Notes under the pieces: model-generated
Databases searched by the model: none
What the model saw: the letters and a program-made list of their open reading frames with translations, nothing else
Told to the model about the DNA's origin: nothing
Part shown: one piece after another, positions 51,101-64,000 of the stretch
Layout: each line of letters begins with the position of its first letter
Numbering within the stretch: position 1 is the first letter of the stretch
NCBI GenBank assembly: GCA_050084515.1
Contig: CM114271.1
Span: 23,064,001-23,128,000, forward strand
Source of the DNA: Blasia pusilla
Taxonomy: Eukaryota
Direction: 5' to 3'
Length of the DNA: 64,000 nucleotides
Made by a program: the position numbers and the translations under genes

Positions 51101-54100
51101 ATCCAAAGTATACAGGCGAGTTTCAATTTGACGGACTGGACGGGCGACCCATGCTACCCAGTGCCCTGGGACTGGATTGCTTGCGATCCTGCAACCTCCA
51201 GAGTCGTCACTCTGTAAGATCTCTTACCAAAGTAACGAGCCGCTCTATACAAAATTTCAAGATGTTTGAGGAATTCATTAGCTCTTAACAGAGCCGCTAG
51301 TGGACTGATCGAATTGTACTCCTGAAGAATCTAGAATGGATATTATAAAAATTCATCAGTGGTTAATATGTGTAAGATCAACTGTTCAAATGCTCGTCAG
51401 CTTCGCAGTGAGTGCTAGATGCAGAGGTTCAGGCAGGAGAAAGCACTGCTTCATCTAAACTTGGACCGACATTGGCTTGATCTAAGACCTAACGCACACA
51501 ACTTCTGACAAGTACTGCTTGGTGATCCAGGAATCTTTCGAGGATGTCTCTCAGCGGCGAGATTCCTCCGGAAATAGATGGACTAAAATCTCTGGAAGTA
51601 CTGTAAGTAGCTCTACTTTACTTCGCCGTGGACATGGACAAGGAGGGCCTTCTTTGATTGATCTGGTTCAAAATCCAGATTAACCTCATAGGTGTCGGGC
51701 CGGGGAAGTCGAGTCCAGGGAGTCCATCGGTATGCCGACGTCAAATTACGAGTTGATTGATCAATGGATACTTGGTTTAGATGTTTTGATGCTAGGAATG
51801 TAACGTATGTAAGGTTTTCCCTGCAGCGATTTCAATTGTAACCTCGTGTTACTGTCCTGCGAATGACCATAGAGCAATTGCATGTTAATGAGTTATAGGT
51901 CGGCACGACTACCAGGTTTTGCTGCTCCGATGGGACTGATTCCCGGGTCAATAAGAGCAGTAATCGTTCTTGTGCTGATGTGTTTCTCTGTGGACGTCTA
52001 CTGGCAGAGATTTAGACAACAACGACCTGACTGGATCGATCCCCAGTTCTATGGTAACCGACCTCCCAAGATTGAGAATCCTGTAAGTTGCGTTCAAATG
52101 TTGACGCATCTGTCGTTTGTTCCAGGTGTCTTTGGAAAGTCTAATATGGTGCACGTCTAGCAGACACATTACAACTACTGTAACTTCGAATTCACGCACC
52201 GATCTAACTTGATAAAGAAACGTCTTCACTTACCCCGTACCTACAGGCAGATGGACGTTCCGCGGGACGTGTCTAACTGCTTAGTACTGGCAACGTTCCT
52301 AGTCTTGTCTGGATCTAGACTGCGCCGGAATAATCATCCAATCGCTTTGATTTTTTAGTTTTTCCTTGTTCAAGTTGTCATTGTTATGCTCAGAAAGTCT
52401 CAGAATGACCTCGTTATTGAGGAACTTCCGGGAAAGGGCATTGCGCGTACAGTTCTATCCGATCCCCGTTCAACGCATACCGATGGCGTTCCTGAATCAT
52501 CTTTGCTCAGAATGTTCGAGATTTGGAATGATATTGGAAGTCCGTACGCGAGATTGACACACCTAACTCATAGCCCGTCTGTGCATGAATAGGAAACTGG
52601 ATAACAACAACTTGAGTGGATACATTCCAATTCCGTTCCAAAACAGAAATGGCTTCACGTAATTTCAAAACCAATCCTCCTTTCTTTTTTTCCGGGGTCC
52701 GGGAGAAGAGGTTGAGATCAATGGCGTCCAGTGTGCTCTCACCATGATTATGCAGGGTTGGCAAATTCAAGGAGGTTTCATTAGATATTTGGGTCCAGAG
52801 CGAGTCGTTCGGCTTCATGTGTGTGTGCACCTTTAGATCCCGTTCGTCAGGGTCAAGATCGAGATCAGATTATTGTGTGACTCCGGGTCCAAATGAATGT
52901 TGAATCCGGCGATCAACTGAGAGATGCACTGCTGTACTTGACTTGATCGATGTTCTTGGGTGTGCAGGTTCACAGGGAATCCACGATTAGTTTTGTGCTT
53001 ACCCGGCGATAAGTGTAATACGAGTTCCAAGGGGACAAAAAGCTCTAAAGTCGGGATTATAATCGGTGTGATAGTCGGAGCGATCTTTGCAATTTTCATA
53101 GCCATCTGCGTCATCGCATGCTGCTATCGAAAATACGGAAAGAAGAACGTCTCCGGACTGCCAGCTAAGTCTGCAGCTGCACAACCTCTGCACTCTGGTG
53201 AGTTCGTCACATCATATGGCTGACGTCGCTCTTCAGATTATGTGGTGTTACTCACCCCTAACATTGTAACGTTACGAACTCCTCACGTTCCTGCACCTGC
53301 ACAGGACCATACAAGTTAACAATTCACCTTGATTCGCTTTCCCTGTTCACCTCGCTATCACTCGCACGTCTTCACGGGAAAGCACCTCTGAGAAAAGCTC
53401 CTGCAACGGGTCATAAGATGACTGCCATCTGGTTGAATACGTTTTTAGTCAATTTCAAGCTTCTGAATTAGTATTTGGCGTCCTGACCGCAGGATCTCGG
53501 GAGATTTCAGGCCAGAGCGGCGAGGAATTCCATAACTCGGATACTTGGTCCTCAGCTCCTGGGCAAGGAAGCGCAGGTGGTGCAAATTCCAGTGACTTCA
53601 TGCCAGCCGGGTACATCACCATAGATCAAATAATAGCGGCCACGCAGAACTACAAGAAGAGGATTGGCAAGGGAGGATTCGGGGACGTGTTCTATGGAAA
53701 GCTTCCCAACGGAAGGGAAGTCGCCGTGAAGGTGAACACGGAAGGAGCTCATCAAGGCCGTGCCGAGTTCTTAAACGAGGTACGTTGAAGCTAGAGTGGT
53801 ATGCGCTGCCCTTCTCCGAGAATCCAATCGATCTGATTCACGCAGTGGACATCCATGACTTCAGCTGGCTGGCCTCACTCCAGCGGGCGGTGGTATTACG
53901 TCACCGCATTTCCGACTCGACTCACTGCCTTTCCCGGGCCTCAGAAGGAAAATGAATCGTGAATGAGAGAAAGATGATAAAAGTGACGAATGCTGAAGCC
54001 CGTCGAGGAAGTGACGAGGGCCCTAAAACGCATTTGCCCTGTCAAGAGTTGTACCCAGGGAAGCAACGACCTCCTACAACAGCAACAATTTCCTCCATTA

Positions 54101-56642
54101 AACCTGATGAGCACAGCGCATACCCCGGGAAAATCCACGGTGGTGAGATTCGAAGGGGGTAGCAGCTAGCGACGAATCACAGTTTTTGAGCCTAATTTTG
54201 AATGTTCTTGCCGGATTGTGCCATTTCGAACAGTTTGCGGCGCGCTCATAGTCTCTGACGGTTTTCTATAAACATGATTCATCGAAATAGTTGGAACTTT
54301 TCGAATAGTTGCAGGGCGGAAACTTCAATTCCACGATACCCGCTCTTAAACTTTCTCACTACAGGTCGGACTAACAGTTTTCTGCCTCAGTCCTCTCTCT
54401 CTCCATCTTATGGCGACCGCTCACAACTCCAGGGCCTTTCGTCAAAATATGTTACCAACTTCGAGGCTTCTATTGTCCTGCATAGCTTTCCATATCTCAA
54501 GGTTTTTCTAATTTCGTAGGGCTCACCACGTACGCGCGTGCCCGTACATGCGCAGGTTGCCCTTCTTACAAGAGTTCACCACAGAAATCTTGTTCCTCTT
54601 CTTGGCTACTGTGACGAAGCTGACAAGCAAATTTTGGTCTACGAATTCCAATCCAAAGGGGCCTTGAACGATCTTCTATACGGTATGTGATTGAGTGGAT
54701 CAAGTCCCAAATCGGGATCATGTGCTTCCTGTAGAGCAGAACAGAGCTTCGATGGTGAGTGTAATTAGTAAGCGTGGCTGATTTGCAGTGCACTTAATTG
54801 GTGTCGTTCAGGTCCAGGTGCAGCAGCGAGTCCCCTCGTCTGGAAGACTCGACTTAGTATAGCCCTTGATGCAGCAAAAGGTGTGGGGAATCATCTACGA
54901 ATTATGTCAGATTGTATTTCCATTTTCACCGTCTGCATCATGGAAACGAAATGTCCCGACTTCTGTTGTGCACCGTTTCTCAGTTTTCCTTGCCATGAAT
55001 CTTCAGAAGCCTGTAGAGTGAGTGCTGTCCAGGTGAAGGTTGAACTACGACCCTGGATGGATCCCAGCCAACGCATCCTGCTTGTCTATGACCGATCCAT
55101 TGCAACAGTAGGCTTCTATGATCATGTCATTGAACCCCAGCGCTGCCGGTTTCTTTCCAGGGTTGGAGTATTTGCACACCGGCTGCAGTCCGAAAATCAT
55201 TCACCGAGATGTGAAAAGTAATAATATATTGATCGGCGACAACTTTGTGGGCAAGGTTTCTGATTTCGGAATTTCCAAATCCACACCTGATGACGATAAC
55301 ACATTCTCCACCTTGGTTAGAGGCTCCCCGGGCTATCTGGATCCAGAGTAAGCCATCATCTGATTGACATGGATGGAAGCTTCCGTGGCTGAATCAGACT
55401 GCTTTGATGCACACCTACTAGTCACTGGATGTCGCCGAATCTCCTTGATTGATCGCAGGCGTACGCATACAAATTGGATACAAAGTTTGTTTGAGTTCGC
55501 GAGCGCTAACAGTTCGTCTTGCGCTTGCTTGAGTTCAGGTACTTCGATAACCAAAGGTTGACCCCGAAAAGCGATGTTTACAGCTTTGGTGTTGTCCTTC
55601 TGGAAATCTTGCATGGCACTGGTCCTATTTTATCAAGAGAAAGCGGTATCCATGAACTCCTCGTCGATGAGGTATGAATACGTCACAAGCCTTCTGCTCA
55701 CTTTCATTGCTTTCACCATAGAATCAATGTGTTCACTGTAATTCTCACTTAGGTTACTGAATGGCACGCATAGTACGGAATACGAGAAACTTCTAGGTTG
55801 GATCTGCACATGCATTGTGTGCTGGATATGAAGCTGTGTGGCTTGTAATGGCGAAACAGATATGACGTAACTATTGAGCAGTCCACCTTCGATGATCAAT
55901 AGTGCATCGTCCTCATGAGCACGCGCTTGCAGAAGTGCCGGCTTTTGAAGTGTTGCGGAGATTTGATTCTCAGACTCTGTGAAATCTTTGCCGAAGTACA
56001 TGGAACCACACTAGTGTCACTGCAGGCTTCTTACTTCTCACTGCGGGAAAGCTTGCTCGTCACCGCAATCAAGCTAGCCTGACCGTCCACCATGCCTTGC
56101 AAGTTGGCCCCGAAATGGCCGTCACTAGAGAGATCTCGATCATCACTGCTACGAGCGAGTGTTCTCATGAGCATACGATGTGGCGCATGTTTGTGCGTGT
56201 GCAGGTGAAGTCGGCGATGGAAAGGGGAGACATTGTGTCCTTCGCTGATCCAACGTTAGAACGGAAATTCAACCCCGAGTCTGTCTGGGCGGTGGCCAGG
56301 TTGGCCTTGCAAAGCGTCGATACAACGGCAGTTAACAGACCGGATATGTCCCAAGTCGTTCGAAGTCTCGGAGAGGCTATCAAACTGGAAACCTCATACG
56401 ACGCCGGCGGCGTCCACGCTCCAATCACTGGGTCTTTCAACATGTCAGGAAGCGACTCTTCATACCGAGGCTTCACGTCTGAATTTCCAACTCACGTCTT
56501 CCATGGCCACTTCGAGGAGGCGAACACTGTCTCCTCCGTGCGGAACGTGGAAGAGATCATGAATATGCGGTCTCCTGAACGCGCAGCGCAAGCTACAGGC
56601 GATACAGAAAGGTCGGTCCTTTGGCAGCCACCCACAATCTAG
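48193..56642 (+). CDS. Malectin-like domain / GDPC / LRR receptor-like Ser/Thr kinase (LRR-I or SYMRK-type architecture)
   Basis: Exons 48193-48289 (signal peptide), 49189-49729 (FLSIDCG), 50095-50576, 51093-51213 (WTGDPC), 51531-51602, 52008-52082, 52593-52658 (LRRs), 52968-53197 (TM), 53493-53779 (GKGGFG, VAVK), 54556-54682, 54812-54880, 55161-55347 ([11 protein letters not shown]), 55539-55671 (SDVYSFG), 56205-56642. All introns GT-AG. Confidence 0.93.
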
Positions 56643-57688
56643 GTCTTCACAAGGGGTACTTCTCTAGCTTTCAACACCTATCAGTTCCGCTTCACATAGC
56701 AGCACACCTGCTCGTTTCGGACATGGATCTGCCCAAACTCATCAATTGCACATCTTTCTTTCTCGACTCTACTTAGACCCGGGGCTATGGAATGACGCTT
56801 CCGAATGCAGCAAGTGCCCAATGTCATTTGTACTCTAGGAACCCTCTCATGGCAAGAATTTAGGGTCGGGACACTCCCATGAAGATCAAGAAGACGATCG
56901 AATCGCAATTGTCATCGGATTGTGCGCACCCAAAAGAAAAGGAGGTTCCATTCCATTGTTCCACGAATACTAGGTATGCACAGGTGAAAGAAATCTTCCT
57001 TCTCATCTAGTTAAGTTACATGAAATTATTAGAGGGGATATAACCACAAAGGACAAGTGTCTAGAGTAGAAAAATGTTTGGTAGTGATACTCGTATTGCT
57101 GATAGTATTATAGATTTGCCGAATACTTTCTTTCTGTTAGGAATTTGTATCATTATATGTCGTATCAAACCGGAAGATTCCATGTTTTTACCCAAAATTT
57201 CACCCCCTCCTATTCTAGTAGACCTTGATTTTCGCCGCTATAAAATGGATGGATAGAAGAGGGTACTCAATTACTCATGTTGAGTAGCTCTTGTCTACCT
57301 CTCATAAGGGATTCTCAAGAAGGTGAAAGGATTTATGTTGAGGAGGTCTTCCATCTCATGACACCTTCCTTGTAGGTGGATTTGGTTGTGCCAATAATAA
57401 TATGTTGGTTGGTTTTCCAAACAAGAAGGAAATCGACGAAGGTGAAGGGTATCGATGAGCTTGACAATGTATGAATATGTCTTCATAAATATCAAAGAGT
57501 CAATTCCCTCTAAGGAATCTACATTATTATTGGAAAGTGTTTTCTTGATTTGCAAATACGTGTTTGCTTGACATGTGACAACGTGTTTGCTTCACATGTG
57601 ACAACTGGCCACCAAGAAAATGTTTCTCATAATAAAGTAAACAAGAAAAAAATTTAAATTTATGAGCCGTGTAATTAGTCCCTTCATT

Positions 57689-57717
57689 CCCGTGCGTGGC
57701 ACGGGTTGTCCACTAGT
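57689..57717 (+). mobile_element. Helitron-like 3' terminus
   Basis: Hairpin CCCGTGC-GTG-GCACGGG, 7 nt, then CTAG followed by T. 5' end not located. Confidence 0.65.
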
Positions 57718-59381
57718 ATATTGTTAAATGGGACTCGGAGTGGGAGGACCCAAATCACTCGCTTGGTGTTTTCGTAGTCATTGATGATTGAAGTTGAGGA
57801 TGACAAGAACATTATAGGCAATATCTTTTCCCTAGATGGAGGAAAAAGTGCAATGTGATGCAGTAGGGACATATCAATACAAACAAGGTCCTCTATATCT
57901 TTGTACATGAACATTTTCCACATGGCTTACGAGTGCATAATACTAATATGCCTGATTTTCAATGCAAAAAATCTAGTACATCTTGCAAGCATGTAGGGTT
58001 CAATAGAATGTGAGCTTCCAACACTTTTAATTAGCATTAAATCATGTTAATTGAAAATATCTACTATACTTATTATATTTCTACTATTTACATAATATAG
58101 GCATACTTATAAGAAGAAAGAATTTTCCTTTCTCTTAGATTTGAAGCTTTTTATTCACATGACCTTCTTCTTTATGAGATTTCTAATATGTGTATTTCTA
58201 CTATTGCATAAGCATCGGTATGCATATACTCATACATTAACGGTTGGCGTTATGATTACAAAATTTTTGCAGTGTGGCCAAAATATTCTTCATTGAATGC
58301 TCTGAATTAGGTTTAGTATTGAATTTCCTTTCTTTCGGAGATTTCATGTTTTGTGTAACTTCCAAGATCATAGAGATGTTACGAGTTTAATGGTGCATGT
58401 GGCACATGAAAAAAATCGTGTTGAAAATAATAACAAAATACACTCGAATCATATAAGATGGAAGAATACATAAAATTGTTGACTTAAAGAATCAATGAAC
58501 TTCAAGGCCACAACCAACCTAGCTAAAGGAGGAGAACAAAGAGATCCCCTAAGGTTTAACTTACAAATAAGGGAAAAAGGGTATAATAGAACCATAAATA
58601 TGAAAAAAAAATCCACATGATAGAAAATAGCGTTGAACTTCTTCTTTTTTTAAATTAAAAGATTTTAACACACTCATTGCAAAACACTTGAGAAATGAGG
58701 AAAAAAATTTATTTCAATGATCCAACTATAAAATGAATGTTTCGAAATCTATACTCAATTTTGTAGAAATTCGCTAAAGGGGCCCCCTGAGGAACTAATG
58801 TAACCTCTACGATCCCTTGGGAAATTTTTGAACTTAATGGGTACGTGAGCATGCCACGAAGGATCTTCAAGAGGCCATCCAACTTGTTCTTGTAAATTAC
58901 TATTGTAAGGAACGAAGAGGGAGATAGGGTGGAAGGCACTTGGCCACGGTAGTTGAACATATGTTAGTAGTGCATATCCACTGTAGGATGTTTATTGTTT
59001 ATTCTCTGTCGGCACAATTCATTCTGTTACATGTTACTATTCATTCTCTTACATGTCAACTGGAAAATTTCAAAATGGATGGCAGTGAGCACTATAGAGT
59101 CCTAGTACACAAGCCACTTATTTTTTATGCTCCCGATTTAAGAAAACATCATTTTCCCGTGGATGAGAAGGAAGTGATCGGCGGCCATTGAGAAGAGAAG
59201 AGGTGTTTCTTGTATGGACCCTCTTCATTACGTTATGATTCTAGAGCTGCATTTGAGTTGTGGAGAGCTTCGAGGTTCAACAATGAGCCCAATCTTCAAG
59301 GGTTGACTTTGGAAGAAGGTAAACACTTTGAAAACTAAAGCAATTTCACTTACCGCGGCTAATAAGAAATTATATTGACGG

Positions 59382-60320
59382 ATGCAAAATATCCGCCATG
59401 GCGAATATTTATGTTTCTTGTACATGTGCCTAAGCAAGTGGGTATTTTGTGTAGTCCCAAGGCAAGTTGCTCGCATTCAACTAAAGGAAGTCTTCTCCAC
59501 TTTTGACGAGTTCAAATTTGCCCTAGATTTTTGGTGCTCACTCCATTCGAGAGCGAAGCACTACGCACGAACTAAGAAATGGTTTAGACTTCGGACCTAC
59601 ACACATGGAGCTAAGATACGAGGGAAAGGCATTCTAGATGACTTCAACAGAGACCGGATTTATAAAAATGAAGAGGAGGATGTAGATGAATGGGATATAG
59701 AATTGGATGTAGTTTACCAAAATCTGTTACAAGACATTACAAGAAGTATAGATGTCCATTTCAATACCAAGCAGGAATCCCTGGCTCCAAAGGGTTTAGG
59801 GTCCAAACTTAGGCAGCATGTCCAAGTGGCACCCAAACTCAAGGAAGTGCAAGGGGCACATAAAATGAGAGAAGATTCCCTCAATGCACCTGGAGTGATT
59901 GGGGATTTATTTGATGTTCCTAAAGCCAGTGAGGAAAAGGTGGGTAAACTGTGGGATTGCTCATTTGCGGCCACATTCCTTCAAGATGGACAAGATATTC
60001 ACTCACCGACAGCTTCACTCAAGGAAGCCCCAATGGCACCTATGCTTGTAAAAGCCTCCACGGTGGCCAAATTTAGAGATTTGGTTGCGGCTAACCATCA
60101 TTATATTAGGCTAGGGACTAAATATCGTTTTAGTGGAGAGAGGGAGAATTCGTTCCGACAAGAAGTTTTCCTATTCCCCGTGGGAGCAAGCTTGCACACG
60201 CATATGTCCATGTCTACGGAATTTTCCGTCATATGGAATGACATGTTTGTGCAGGCCTGGATATGTGCGGCCCGCATCCATGCCTTCCCAAAGCCCGCTG
60301 TGCTTGTAGACCTGGGCTGA
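59382..60320 (+). CDS. 312-aa ORF of unknown function, possibly a TE-derived fragment
   Basis: Long open frame in AT-rich context; EVFSTFDEFKFAL weakly recalls MuDR/FAR1 N-terminal helices. Confidence 0.3.
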   Translation: MQNIRHGEYLCFLYMCLSKWVFCVVPRQVARIQLKEVFSTFDEFKFALDFWCSLHSRAKHYARTKKWFRLRTYTHGAKIRGKGILDDFNRDRIYKNEEEDVDEWDIELDVVYQNLLQDITRSIDVHFNTKQESLAPKGLGSKLRQHVQVAPKLKEVQGAHKMREDSLNAPGVIGDLFDVPKASEEKVGKLWDCSFAATFLQDGQDIHSPTASLKEAPMAPMLVKASTVAKFRDLVAANHHYIRLGTKYRFSGERENSFRQEVFLFPVGASLHTHMSMSTEFSVIWNDMFVQAWICAARIHAFPKPAVLVDLG

Positions 60321-60469
60321 AGGAGCCTGCACCCATTGCGTCACCCGCCAAGGCTTGCGGTAGGCTAAGATCCAAGCCCACAGGGTGGGCTTGGCCCCCA
60401 TTAATTGGGTGAGCTCAAGGCCCTTGTAAGGCCCACCTTAAGCATGCATGCATGGCGGACTTTGGGTGG

Positions 60470-62400
60470 ACGTCCTACACCATGAAATGTGGCGAGCTAT
60501 GATTCCCAAGCTAATTGAGTTATTGAAGGAGAAGATGTAGATAGGAATCTTAGAGCCATCCATTGGACCATACTCAAGTCGATGGTTCACAATGCCGAAG
60601 AAAACAAGAGCTCTCCGGTTCATTCAAGATATACAACCCGCAAATAAGAGAACCATTCGAAATATGAAAGCAGGGCCTACAATAGAGGAGATTGCAGAAG
60701 CTTTTGGAGCCAGTGTTATCTATTTGATAGGAGATTTGCACTCAAGATATGATGAATTCCAATTAGCCATGGAGAGTAGAGATATTACCACTATGCGCAC
60801 TCCACTTGGGCTTGTAAGAATGGGCATATTACCTCAAGGAGCAACAAATTTTGTCACCCACATACAAAATGCAATAAATAAGATCTTTTGAGAGTTCATT
60901 CTTGAGAAAACTATCCATTTCAAAAATGATATTCCTATAAAGGGATATGCAATAGAAGATAGAAATGAGAAGGTTATGAAAGACAGGTGTAGAAAGTTTG
61001 TGTTGGATCATATTCGTGATGTGGATATGATCCTAACAAGACTAGAAGAGATGAATCTCACTCTTTATGGAGAAAAGTGTAGCCTTGGGGTTCTTAAGAT
61101 TGTAGTAGTGGGTCATCTCTCTGGAGATTTCGGCCATAAACCAAATTCATCAAAATTTGATGTCATTGGAAGGATACGAGAGTGCGAGAACATTACCAAA
61201 GTGAGAAGGTTTTTAGGAGCTTGTGTGTTTTATCAGGTGTGGATTTCTCATTTTGGCCACATATCTGATCCATTGTATGATTTATTGAGAAAAAAGAAGA
61301 AGTTTACTTGGGAGAAGAAGCAAAGAGCAGCAATCATGTAACTGAAGGAAGCATTAAAGTCACCACCGGTTCTGCAACAAGTAAGCTACGAATGTAGAAG
61401 AGCTATAATCATCACCGTGTACACTAGCCCTATTGCTACCAAGTGGGCACTTTACCACATTGATGTAGAAGGAAGAAGGTTTGCAACAAGGTTTGGAGCT
61501 CATACACTTGCAGAACGACAAAGGAAATACCCTGAGGTAAAAAGGGAGCTTTGGGGAGTTATGATTGCAATGAAAGTTGAGAAGGAGTATTTTATGGGAG
61601 CCTATGTATTGCTTGAGTTTGATTGTCTATCTCTATTAGGTATGATTGCAAATTATACAACTCCAGATATAGCCACGCGACATTGGATAGCCTACATCAG
61701 GTCCTTAAATCCACAATTGAGGCATATAGCTGGAAAAAAGAATTTTGTAACTAATATGTTGTCTAGAGCTAGATTTAGTAAAGAAAAATATATAGAAGCA
61801 CTTGAGATAGATGAAGATGATGCATATGTATAACAAGTGACATCTGAAGAACAAGGTTGCATGGATTATAATCTAGCCTTCAAAGAGAATTTATATGAGG
61901 GCAGGTTAAAACAAATTGGGCGCTATTTAAGCACTCTTCAAAGAGACAAAGGGTGGACAAACAAGTTCTTCAACGAGATTCGACATAAGGCTTATGGCTA
62001 TCTACTACATGGTGGATATTTTTGGAAAAGGCCAAAGAGGAGGGATGGAATGGCCTTGAAGGTAGTGGATGACAACCGGACAAAAATGCAAATTCTCAAA
62101 GAATTCCATAATTATATATGGGTAGGACACAGAGGTACTTCGAAAAATTTTACCAAGATAAAAGAGAGATATTGGTGGAAAGGCTTATGCAAGGATATTG
62201 AAAGATATGTTGGGTCATGTGTTGAATGTCAGTTTCTATCAAAAATCAGGGTGAGATGGACTAGCCTAAGCCCATTTATCCTTTTTCTATTCATCATCAG
62301 TGGATAGTAGATCTAGTTGCTATATATGCCACTAGATCATTGGGGAATCCGCTACGTTGTCCTAGCACAAGAAGAATTATCTAATTTTGTAGAAGAGAGG
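60470..62400 (+). pseudogene. Degenerate Gypsy pol fragment (RT, RNaseH, integrase Zn-binding) of another family
   Basis: LPQGATN; VRRFLGAC; RELWGV; HIAGKKNFVTNMLSR; H...GHRG...RYWWKGL...CVEC. Confidence 0.85.
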
Positions 62401-62401
62401 G

Positions 62402-64000
62402 TGTCACATCTGAGTAGCCGATAGGCCGAGATCTATCGTGGATAGGGCATAGGAGCCAACGGACTGTCTTGCGTGTAACTTTGTTCCGAGGTATTGGATG
62501 GGGTTGAGGATAGGTCCGTTGTGTTAGAAATGTTGTTTGTGACAACTTTCTTATTAGAGGTCTTTCACATCTGGATGACTTGTTGAGCAGGTCATCTGCC
62601 TTTGGTAACTTGTGCGCGTAGGTTATTAGGAGAGTAGCTATTTTTAGGGGAAGAGCCTTTTGGCTCTTCTCAACCCTATATAAGGGAGGAAGATGGCTTT
62701 CCCAAGCCATCTTTCTAATGTTGGGCCGTTGGAGTACCATTCTTGCTCGTGTGTGTGAGTTAGGACTAGGTGCTAGCGTCTGGATTCCTTGATAGCATAG
62801 GGTGGACGAGACTTGATATGTCGATGTAGATTGAGGAGTGGAGTTTTAGGCCGGGTGTGCTATTTTTACTACTCTTTATTTTTACATGAGAAAGATGTCA
62901 AGGGGCTCGTGGGAATTCATTGTTTGCAGGTAGGCAAGTGAGTTGCCTCGATGGGGATTCCCTAAAGACGTTGGTTGGCATTTTGTTGTCGTTTTTCCAT
63001 TCGGAAGGCCATGGGCGGAAGCGTTGTCCGTTCTCTCAAGTTTTTGTTGGTGCAAACTGACTAGAGGCAACAGCAGAGTGCAGCGCTCAGATGTAGCGCG
63101 GAAAGTGTGAGCGACGATCGCAAGTGAGTAGCAGCAAGTGTCGGGAAACCGGAAGGAGAAGCTTAGGTCCATAGTGACCGTGAGGGCGGCCAACCTAGGG
63201 TGTAGCCGCCTAGGGCTAGGATTAGGTCGGAGGTGATGGAGCCAGGGGCCGCGAGCTGCGGAACTGCGGCCCTTGGTCGCAACCCTTCCTCCCCCTGCCC
63301 CCCCCCCGCTTTCCCCACGTGGTTGGGAGCGCCATGGTTGGCCCCTTCTCGAAGTGGTAGATGGCAGTTGGATGTGGTAAGAGCAGAGTGGATGCGGTGG
63401 AGTAAGGGGCATGGGCACCGTGGTAGAGGCGGGGCAAATGTGGTTGACAATGCGGACATGGTAGGCCGGGTGGACATGATGGAGGCACGAACGACGTGGT
63501 AGACGAGCAACCATGGTTGGGGTTGAACGTGGTTGAGTTGAGTTACATAGTGGGAGAGTTGAGTTACATACTTGGTGTTTTGCGAGCATGGTGGGATTCA
63601 CAACGGGAGTTTGGCCCTTATTACGAGTCAATTGGGGGTCGACTCTTTAGTTCTTCACCGAGTGGGATTTACGAGGGTTGTGATGGAGACACACGTGTCG
63701 ATGCCGACGGATAGTCTGCATCCATTGATGGGAGGTTTGATGTGTGTCGAGGAGAGTGTCGTGTTGCGGAGGTTTACATACCACATGGAGGAGTGAGTGT
63801 TGATGGTGCCGTAGGTTGGAGGGCGTGATCAAGTTACACATTTGAGTCCCTTTTCCCACGCTTATCTTATGTGATTGAAAGTGCTGGGTATCGGGTAGTT
63901 GCTGGGTATCGGGTAGTTTCTGAGGCTAAATAGGTGTAGCGATGGTGACGAGTGTAGTCTCCATGCATGTGTAGCATGTCTGTGGATATTCGGCAATTGC
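62402..64000 (+). mobile_element. LTR/leader of a Gypsy element inserted into the pol fragment, running off the window
   Basis: Begins TGTCACATCTGAGTAG; similar to 41168-42400 and 43750-44100. Confidence 0.75.

Noticed and set aside
48193-56642. Naming the kinase SYMRK
   Set aside because: The architecture is shared with many LRR-I kinases, so a gene symbol needs phylogeny.

Overview
Eukaryotic DNA, most likely from a non-seed land plant (inferred from the intron-rich receptor kinase and the transposon types). Most of the window is nested transposable elements around one apparently intact host gene, a malectin-like/GDPC/LRR receptor kinase (48193-56642, +). Main finding: a Mutator-like DNA transposon at 428-19983 with a 9-bp TSD (ACTCCACAC), about 12.2 kb once a nested chromovirus is removed. 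It carries two divergent genes: a GCM-like/DDE/SWIM transposase (+) and a spliced gene (-) joining a ParB-like domain to a beta-class N4-C/N6-A DNA methyltransferase fold. Its large introns, intergenic region and ends hold 30 or more copies of a 27-bp palindrome, GCAACCCGTCGGA-N-TCCGACGGGTTGC, often spaced about 64 bp apart. This MULE sits inside a Ty3/Gypsy family whose neighbouring copy (~21997-34079) encodes a DNMT3-like C5 cytosine methyltransferase between protease and RT, plus a C-terminal PHD finger. A structurally complete chromodomain Gypsy (2043-9349, TSD GCGGA) is nested in the MULE. All TE reading frames contain stops or frameshifts. Domain calls come from motif recognition by eye and need HMM confirmation.
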